A DNA stretch of 5,883 bases from a virus, in the IMG/VR virus record IMGVR_UViG_3300045988_069267, positions 1-5,883 of that record. One strand, given 5' to 3'. Position 1 is the stretch's first letter, and each line of letters starts with the position of its first letter. The translations under genes and the position numbers were made by a program. The notes below the pieces were generated by a model. The model ran no database searches, was not told where the DNA came from, and saw nothing but the letters and a program-made list of their open reading frames with translations. This document shows, in pieces, positions 1 through 4,652 of this stretch.

Positions 1-55
1 CTTGTTGTAGTAGTAGTTGTAGTAGTGTTGAAAGTGTTGAAAACTCGTTTTTTTA
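1..55. repeat. Terminal redundancy (assembly overlap of a circular genome). It is identical to 5829..5883.
   Basis: Base-by-base comparison shows that cttgttgtagtagtagttgtagtagtgttgaaagtgttgaaaactcgtttttttta occurs at both window ends. The offset is 5828 nt. Confidence 0.95.
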
Positions 56-192
56 ACGTTACTACGTTTATTTATTGTCTTTTTGCCTGTTGAAAACTTT
101 GTTGAAAACTTGTTGAATTGTTGAATGTTCGTCATTTTAACGAATTTCTTTGTGCAACTTGTTGTTGAAAACCTGTTGAAAGTGTTGAAAAC
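26..192. repeat. Iteron-like array with nine direct copies of the core TGTTGAA (mostly TGTTGAAAAC) in non-coding DNA.
   Basis: Copies start at 26, 35, 88, 100, 111, 119, 163, 174 and 183, all in the same orientation. A 21-nt direct repeat, tgttgaaagtgttgaaaactc, occurs at 26..46 and 174..194. An adjacent GTTGTAGTAGT tandem lies at 4..14 and 16..26. Confidence 0.85.
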
Positions 193-235
193 TCAAGTTT
201 TCCACATTCTCTTTTTTTTGTACTATTGTTTCTTT

Positions 236-268
236 GCGCGTGTGTGCACGTTTCGTGCGCGCGCGCGT
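236..268. other. Alternating purine-pyrimidine (CG/TG) tract that also forms an imperfect hairpin.
   Basis: The sequence is gcgcgtgtgtgcacg-ttt-cgtgcgcgcgcgcgt. Arms 236..250 and 254..268 pair over 15 positions if four G:T wobbles are allowed on the plus strand. The same positions are A:C mismatches on the minus strand. Confidence 0.6.
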
Positions 269-305
269 ATAGTGATCATAGACTGTTTGCTTTACTACAG
301 CGGCA

Positions 306-324
306 GCCCCCCGCGTAGGGGGGC
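306..324. other. GC-rich hairpin A (7-bp stem, 5-nt loop).
   Basis: The sequence is gcccccc-gcgta-ggggggc. The arms 306..312 and 318..324 are perfectly complementary. Confidence 0.8.
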
Positions 325-331
325 GTGACGC

Positions 332-366
332 AAGGGGGGGCGCAAACCAATTTTGCGCCCCCCCTT
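332..366. other. GC-rich hairpin B (perfect 15-bp stem, 5-nt loop).
   Basis: aagggggggcgcaaa (332..346) and tttgcgccccccctt (352..366) are exact reverse complements, with loop ccaat. There is no U-tract after the stem on the coding (minus) strand. Confidence 0.85.
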
Positions 367-444
367 CTATATATGATTATGTTTTGGCTGCCGTTTGTTT
401 GGTGCCCCTGTGTTGGGGAACTTTAGCTTTGCGCGGAGGGGCTT

Positions 445-1314
445 TTAATCTCCTCTGTATGCGTCGAATACGTCCAAGTTTGGCATAATCGGTACTTTTT
501 GGTTGTACTTTTTGTACTTTTCTCTTATGTCTTTGGCTGCTTTTCCAGCCTTTTTTGCTGCATCTTTGGCTGCATCTTTGGCTGCTTTTCCAGCTCCTGC
601 AAGACCTTTGCCTAGTTTGCTTGCCGCATAGGTGTAATCACTCGCTTGTTTTGCGCTTGAAGTTGCTAGTTCGCTTGCCGCTTGTTCCCAGTTCTTAGCT
701 GCTTTGAACTGCTTTATGCTTGCGCTTTGCTTTGACAGTTGATACCATTTGTCTGCTAGCTCTGCTGTGTTGTTGCCGTATTCGTACATTGCGCTCACAC
801 TTGCAGCCTGTGCACTTTGCTGGTTATAACGTTGGCTCCCAATGCTTGCAGACGCTCCGCTTGTTGATGCTGTTGCTCCGTTGGTCGCTGCCAGAATTGG
901 ATTGATGCCTGCTGCAATCATATCTTTTACGGTGTCCTGATAGGCTGTCCCACGCATTTCCTTCTGAAACGCTCGTTCTGCTGCTGCCTCTGCGCTGTTG
1001 TATTTTTTCGCGCTTGCTTGGCTTCCAGCGTTGGCAAGGTTACTCAGCAGTCCGCTTATCATTTGCAGTGCGTTTGCTGTGTTTACGCTGCTCTGATTTC
1101 CGAATGTTGTGATGCCTGTCGGTGTGCTGATTTGTGTTGAACCTATCTGTTGTGGTGCTGTTATGCTGCCGGTTGTGGTCTCGTTGCCTGTGCTGGTCTC
1201 GCTCCCTGATGCTTGGCTGTCCTTGGCGCTGCTCTGGTTGCTGCTCGTTATGATGCCCGTCAGTATGCTCAGTCCTTGCATGATGTATGGCATAAAGCCT
1301 AATAATGTTTCCAT
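445..1314 (-). CDS. VP2: Minor capsid / DNA pilot protein (VP2, functional analogue of phiX174 H).
   Basis: This is a 289-aa ORF directly downstream of VP1. The N-terminus is hydrophobic (METLLGFMPYIMQGLSILTGIIT). The segment AERAFQKEMRGTAYQDTVKDMIAAGINPILAA matches the Q..M..TAYQ....D..AAG(L/I)NP.L signature I recall from gokushovirus VP2 proteins. The middle is S/T/Q/A-rich and low-complexity, and the C-terminus is K/A-rich. Confidence 0.85.
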   Translation of the reverse strand: METLLGFMPYIMQGLSILTGIITSSNQSSAKDSQASGSETSTGNETTTGSITAPQQIGSTQISTPTGITTFGNQSSVNTANALQMISGLLSNLANAGSQASAKKYNSAEAAAERAFQKEMRGTAYQDTVKDMIAAGINPILAATNGATASTSGASASIGSQRYNQQSAQAASVSAMYEYGNNTAELADKWYQLSKQSASIKQFKAAKNWEQAASELATSSAKQASDYTYAASKLGKGLAGAGKAAKDAAKDAAKKAGKAAKDIREKYKKYNQKVPIMPNLDVFDAYRGD

Positions 1315-1315
1315 T

Positions 1316-1342
1316 CAAAAATAGCCCCGCTTTTGCGGGGCT
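1316..1342 (-). terminator. Rho-independent terminator or attenuator hairpin between VP1 and VP2.
   Basis: The minus strand reads AGCCCCGC-aaaa-GCGGGGCT followed by ATTTTTGA and then the VP2 ATG. The stem is 8 bp and GC-rich, the loop is 4 nt, and a T5 tract follows. Confidence 0.7.
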
Positions 1343-1352
1343 TCCTCCTTTC

Positions 1353-2999
1353 TTAGATTCTTTCGATTCCGGGAATGCTGTAGATAGGCATCTCGCGGTA
1401 CCAGTCTTCGTTGAAGTAGAAGTCACACAGGAACTGATGACTGATGCTGCTGGTTACTGCGATTGTACGGTCGATGTTTTCCTGTCCTTCCTGAATCCAT
1501 GCCGCCGAGAGTCGCGGCAGTTTGTTATAGTCGTCCGCATAGTGCCATGCGTCCAAACTGGTCTGATAGTTAGACCGCATTTCGCCGGTTACGTAAGATG
1601 GCTTGTATCGGTAGTCTGCCCATGCTTCTTGATAACCAAAGATTTCTTCATCTTCTGCCGTGCCCTGTGCATAGATTTCGCGGTTGTATACCGGCTGCTC
1701 ACCCAGTGCTGCCAGTCGTGGGTCGTAGTAGGTGAACCGTCCGCCACGCGTCCACTTGGTTGCCAGTCCCTGCTGGTAGCTGTGTTCCACTCTTACCACT
1801 GCCAGACCGATGATATAGCCGTATTCGGTCGCTGCATAGTCTACCATCTGCTTGCTGCATGTGGTCAGGCTGTATGCTGCTGTATTGCCCAGTGCCTGCC
1901 CGGTTTTCGGGTCTGTCTGGCTCGTCTGGACAACCTGATTTACATTGATTGCGATACGCTGACCGCCGATGTATTCAGGAATCTGTAGACGGCTGTCCGG
2001 ACTTGTCACGCCCCATGTGCCGGAAAGGAACTCGCGGTATCTCGTGCCGTTGCGTGCATCAGCTTCAAAAATGTGCTGCAAGGCAATTGCCATGCGCAAG
2101 TCTTGTATGCTGATTGCGTTTACATTGGTCAGGTCTGCGAACAAATAACCGCCGGCGCCTTCTTCGCCATCTTTTTCCCCTGTGAATTGCATTATTTTGG
2201 GGTCTCCTGCGTATGTCAACGACCCCGGCGTGTTTAAGCTCTTGCCTAGAATCATTTCCGGACCCCTGCCCGTTTCCAGACTTGGGATTGTTTCGCCGGT
2301 TGCAGTTCCCAGTCTAAGCGGTGCATTGCCCGTCAGGTTGATTTCCACAGGGTCATTTTTTAACGGCGAGGGGAGACAGGATGTGAAATAGTCGTGGAAC
2401 TTACTAGCCTTGGCCGGCTTTTGTGCGTAGAGTGTCGCTTCGTTTTCCGATGCGGTTGCTGTTGGGTAGTTTGTGTTTAATATTTCTGCTTTCGGGTTAC
2501 TGTTAGTTCCTGCTTCATCTGTTTTTTTGTAGCCCAACATTAACGGTGCTTCAAGATTTTCATCTCTGAACCACTCGTTGTAAATCATGGCATATGCGCG
2601 TGCTGGGAGTGCGTTCACTTTGAGTTCTTTCGCGATTCCGGTCGGCAGTCCGAAATAGTCCCCAATGCTGCCATTATTCAGGCCGTTGCTGCCGCCGATT
2701 TTGCAAGTCGGTGTGCTGTATTCTGTTTTTTCTGCCCAGTAGTTGGTATCGTTTTCGCCGAACATGTTCTCCCAGTGTTCCCACAGTAGACGGCACGGAA
2801 CAAAGAAGAAATAGGTGTCCATGTAGCAGTTATCCATCACCGGATAGATAGGTGTACTCATACGGATGAGACCGTTCAGGCGTATACGTGCGGTATCGCC
2901 CGGAAGTACCTCATCGCAGTAGATGGGCACTAAGTCGCCCTCGTTGATGGTCGTCAAGAGTTGATGGCTTCGGTCAAACTTGCTTCTCGGTCGTTCCAT
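1353..2999 (-). CDS. VP1: Major capsid protein (VP1, phiX174 F-protein family).
   Basis: This is the largest ORF. The N-terminus RSKFDRSHQLLTTINEGDLVPIYCDEVLPGDT is the classic microvirus capsid signature (FDLSH...G.L.PI...EVLPGD). The length is typical of gokushovirus VP1. The ORF-track start at 3008 is a GTG. I prefer the ATG at 2999 (MERPRSKFD...). Neither start has a clear Shine-Dalgarno sequence. Confidence 0.95.
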   Translation of the reverse strand: MERPRSKFDRSHQLLTTINEGDLVPIYCDEVLPGDTARIRLNGLIRMSTPIYPVMDNCYMDTYFFFVPCRLLWEHWENMFGENDTNYWAEKTEYSTPTCKIGGSNGLNNGSIGDYFGLPTGIAKELKVNALPARAYAMIYNEWFRDENLEAPLMLGYKKTDEAGTNSNPKAEILNTNYPTATASENEATLYAQKPAKASKFHDYFTSCLPSPLKNDPVEINLTGNAPLRLGTATGETIPSLETGRGPEMILGKSLNTPGSLTYAGDPKIMQFTGEKDGEEGAGGYLFADLTNVNAISIQDLRMAIALQHIFEADARNGTRYREFLSGTWGVTSPDSRLQIPEYIGGQRIAINVNQVVQTSQTDPKTGQALGNTAAYSLTTCSKQMVDYAATEYGYIIGLAVVRVEHSYQQGLATKWTRGGRFTYYDPRLAALGEQPVYNREIYAQGTAEDEEIFGYQEAWADYRYKPSYVTGEMRSNYQTSLDAWHYADDYNKLPRLSAAWIQEGQENIDRTIAVTSSISHQFLCDFYFNEDWYREMPIYSIPGIERI

Positions 3000-3024
3000 C
3001 CGTGGCACTTGCGCGAAATGGTTT

Positions 3025-3444
3025 TCACTGTTTCGGTTCGTTTTCCTTCACCTCCTCCTCTTTCTCTTCCTGCTTCGGCTGTTCGGTTTGCTGCATCTGT
3101 TTCAGCTGTTCCATTGTTTTGGCTGCAGCTTCGGCCTTTTCGTGCATCGTCATGATATCCTTCGGCAGATTTTCAAGCTCGGTGCCTTCGGTGTATACCA
3201 TGCTTTTTGCTTTGATGCTGGTGTCCCCAGCTTCCAGCCGTGCGATTGCGCTTGCAAGGTCGTAGCCCTCGCCGGCTCGCTGGATTTTTTCATATGTGTT
3301 TTCATCCGGCTGCTGGATGTAGTCGGTTGTGCCGTTCGGTCGCTTTACCGCTTTCCACGTTGGTTCTGTCTTGCTGCCTGGATTGTTTGTTACTCTCTCT
3401 GTCGGCAGACCGTAGTACCTTACCATTGCATCAGGATTTAACAT
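3025..3444 (-). CDS. Putative internal scaffolding protein (VP3-like). The function is tentative.
   Basis: This is a 139-aa ORF with AAGGAG (3457..3452) 7 nt upstream of the ATG. It lies immediately upstream of VP1. It has a highly acidic, Glu/Lys/Gln-rich C-terminal tail (QQTEQPKQEEKEEEVKENEPKQ). The segment VYTEGTELENLPKDIMTMHEKAEAAAKTMEQL loosely resembles the Y.D....P.D..A....A...F..L region I recall in gokushovirus VP3. Confidence 0.5.
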   Translation of the reverse strand: MLNPDAMVRYYGLPTERVTNNPGSKTEPTWKAVKRPNGTTDYIQQPDENTYEKIQRAGEGYDLASAIARLEAGDTSIKAKSMVYTEGTELENLPKDIMTMHEKAEAAAKTMEQLKQMQQTEQPKQEEKEEEVKENEPKQ

Positions 3445-3685
3445 TTGCCGTCTCCTTCAGGTCGATGAGCCGCGCGATGTGTTCCGGCATTGCTTCGCTC
3501 ATGTAGCCGGTTTCGGTGTCGAATTCGCCTAGCTCTACGAGCGAAATATCTTCAATTTCGTCGGGCTTGCTTTCGTTGGCCTTCCATCGTGCCGTTCGGA
3601 CTGCCTGTGCCCTGTTGTTCTGCAAGAACGGCTGCGAGTAGCCGTTGGTCAGTGCATCGTGGAACGAGTAGAATTTCAGTTTCAT
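3431..3685 (-). CDS. Small non-structural protein, VP5-like (analogue of phiX174 protein C). The function is tentative.
   Basis: This is an 84-aa ORF with AAGGAG (3697..3692) 6 nt upstream of the ATG. It overlaps the next gene by 14 nt, which suggests coupled translation. The pattern MKLKF.S.HD....GYSQPF...N.AQAVR...DISLVELGEFDTETG resembles my recollection of gokushovirus VP5, a protein of roughly this length. Confidence 0.55.
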   Translation of the reverse strand: MKLKFYSFHDALTNGYSQPFLQNNRAQAVRTARWKANESKPDEIEDISLVELGEFDTETGYMSEAMPEHIARLIDLKETANVKS

Positions 3686-3696
3686 GTTTTTCTCCT

Positions 3697-3813
3697 TTAC
3701 TCTTTGTCTTTGTTTGCATCCTTCAGTGCGTGGTAGATTTCGTCCAGCTTTTCAAGGATGTTCATCATCAGAGCAATTGCTTCCTTGACGTCCTTGACCT
3801 TAATCAGTGCCAT
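3697..3813 (-). CDS. Small hypothetical protein of 38 aa (MALIKVKDVKEAIALMMNILEKLDEIYHALKDANKDKE). The upstream in-frame ATG at 3885 would give 62 aa.
   Basis: The purine-rich sequence AAAGGGGG (3828..3821) lies 7 nt upstream of the ATG at 3813. The longer form (3697..3885) has no Shine-Dalgarno sequence but adds a very basic N-terminus (MYGRRYHGAVSGCKRHKPKKGGDL). Its stop codon overlaps the ribosome-binding region of the next gene. The start codon is unresolved. Confidence 0.4.
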   Translation of the reverse strand: MALIKVKDVKEAIALMMNILEKLDEIYHALKDANKDKE

Positions 3814-3963
3814 TAAGTCGCCCCCTTTCTTTGGTTTGTGTCGCTTACAGCCGGATACCGCCCCGTGATACCTTCGGCCGTACATTGATGTTTTTTACCC
3901 GCTTTGCCGTCTGGGTAAATCGTTTCTGGTCTCCTCGACCCGCTCCGCTTCTGTGTGCTATTT

Positions 3964-4344
3964 TTATACCCCCTTCCTATATTTGTTTGTCCGTACGTCT
4001 ATATGTACAAAATTAGTATATCGGATTATTCCGCCTTTGTCAAGTATGCTATCTGCATATTCTGCGATTTCTTTTGAGTTGTGCCCTTTTACTACGATAT
4101 CGGCGGCCATTCCTTTGCAATGGAAGGATGCTTTTGCTCCGTTTACTTTTCTGTTATGCTTTACGGTTCTGAAGCCGCTGTTGATGATTACCGGTGCGCC
4201 AAAGTGATTTCGGATTTTTTCTAGTGTTTCTATTAGTTGGCTATCGATTAGGATATTGTCTGTTCCGTCTTTGCAAGCAAATTCGTTTGCCTTGAAGTGT
4301 TCGGATACTTTTGTATTGTCCTCTTTGCTGTATGCCATTAACAT
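3964..4344 (-). CDS. Zinc D,D- or L,D-peptidase of the M15 / LAS fold (Peptidase_M15_3-like). It is a putative peptidoglycan hydrolase or endolysin.
   Basis: This is a 126-aa ORF. HFKANEFACKDG matches the F..EF.C family N-terminal motif. SGFRTVKHNRKVNGAKASFHCKGMAADI matches SG.R....N...G....S.H..G.A.D, with the H-x6-D zinc ligands. FVHIDVR supplies the third ligand, H.D. No signal peptide, transmembrane segment or cell-wall-binding domain is visible. Confidence 0.85.
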   Translation of the reverse strand: MLMAYSKEDNTKVSEHFKANEFACKDGTDNILIDSQLIETLEKIRNHFGAPVIINSGFRTVKHNRKVNGAKASFHCKGMAADIVVKGHNSKEIAEYADSILDKGGIIRYTNFVHIDVRTNKYRKGV

Positions 4345-4366
4345 TGTTCGTCAGCCATCCTTTTTG

Positions 4367-4573
4367 TTATTTTTGGAATGCCCAAATTCCCTCTGCTGGT
4401 ACTTCCCAACTTTTGTAGTTGTTCTCTTCATCCCAACAATAGAGATATTCTGTGTAAGCTTTTAGCGTTTCGTCCCATTCTGTTCTTAGTTCGTATTCGC
4501 ATTTTCCGCTATACACTTTTCCTTCATCGTACAGTTTTTGGATTGTTTTTTTACTTAATCTTGGTTTTCTCAT
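4367..4573 (-). CDS. Hypothetical protein of 68 aa, the first gene after the strong promoter.
   Basis: AAGGAAGG (4589..4582) lies 8 nt upstream of the ATG at 4573. The ORF-track start at 4582 is a GTG that sits inside this Shine-Dalgarno sequence, so I reject it. The N-terminus is basic (MRKPRLSKKTIQK) and the C-terminal half is acidic and rich in Trp and Tyr. I recognise no family. Confidence 0.6.
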   Translation of the reverse strand: MRKPRLSKKTIQKLYDEGKVYSGKCEYELRTEWDETLKAYTEYLYCWDEENNYKSWEVPAEGIWAFQK

Positions 4574-4600
4574 TTTGAGCACCTTCCTTTCTTTGATTAT

Positions 4601-4628
4601 ATTATACCACTTTTTTTAAATTTGTCAA
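4601..4628 (-). promoter_or_regulatory. Near-consensus sigma70/sigmaA promoter with an extended -10 element.
   Basis: The minus strand reads TTGACA (4628..4623), then a 16-nt spacer aatttaaaaaaagTGg, then TATAAT (4606..4601). The TGn extended -10 is present. A second overlapping TATAAT lies at 4601..4596. An AT-rich, UP-like tract lies upstream (4629..4650). The ribosome-binding site and the ATG at 4573 lie downstream. Confidence 0.75.
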
Positions 4629-4652
4629 TACTTTTAATTGATATATCACTTT

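Noticed and set aside
1-55. The terminal direct repeat interpreted as a biological DTR, LTR or transposon end.
   Set aside because: The repeat is cut off by the window edge. It joins the two halves of one intergenic region, and the gene content is that of a circular ssDNA microvirus. Assembly wrap-around is the simplest explanation.
26-192. The possibility that the TGTTGAAAAC repeats are a CRISPR array.
   Set aside because: The repeat units are only 8-10 nt long. Spacing is irregular (8 to 53 nt), and some copies abut. There are no spacers of uniform length and no cas genes. The context is a 5.8-kb phage genome.
125-328. A hydrophobic 67-aa plus-strand ORF in the intergenic region. It is the only holin-like hydrophobic candidate in the ORF track.
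   Set aside because: It lies on the opposite strand to every real gene. It is composed of the iteron repeats, the T-tract and the alternating CG tract, so its hydrophobicity reflects T-rich repeats. It has no Shine-Dalgarno sequence before the ATG at 125.
332-366. Hairpin B interpreted as the rho-independent terminator of the VP2 transcript.
   Set aside because: On the coding (minus) strand the stem is followed by gcgtcacg rather than a U-tract. It may still pause or terminate transcription, but it does not meet the canonical criteria. I therefore treat it as a candidate origin or structural element.
1040-1426. A same-strand 128-aa ORF in an alternative frame, spanning the VP1/VP2 junction. 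It could be an overprinted gene in the phiX174 style.
   Set aside because: The translation is a low-complexity His/Arg/Gln/Thr string. This mirrors the repetitive S/T/Q-rich coding of VP2 read in another frame. The ORF runs straight through the terminator hairpin, and I see no ribosome-binding site. Overprinting does occur in this family, so conservation analysis could reopen the question.
1305-1988. A long plus-strand ORF (227 aa) antisense to VP1. Similar plus-strand ORFs occur at 2980..3441, 3002..3265, 3490..3816, 3953..4207, 5026..5268 and elsewhere.
   Set aside because: Each lies fully or largely opposite a minus-strand gene. All are Cys/Phe/Leu/Val-rich, as expected when the T-rich antisense strand is translated. 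None has a convincing ribosome-binding site. Microviridae are not known to encode genes on the complementary strand.
3814-3963. A search for an internal promoter or terminator in the gap between the peptidase gene and the small ORF.
   Set aside because: Only weak 4-7-bp stems are present, for example tttaccc/gggtaaa at 3894..3919. An A-run rather than a U-run follows on the coding strand. No -35/-10 pair better than about 3/6 plus 4/6 is present.
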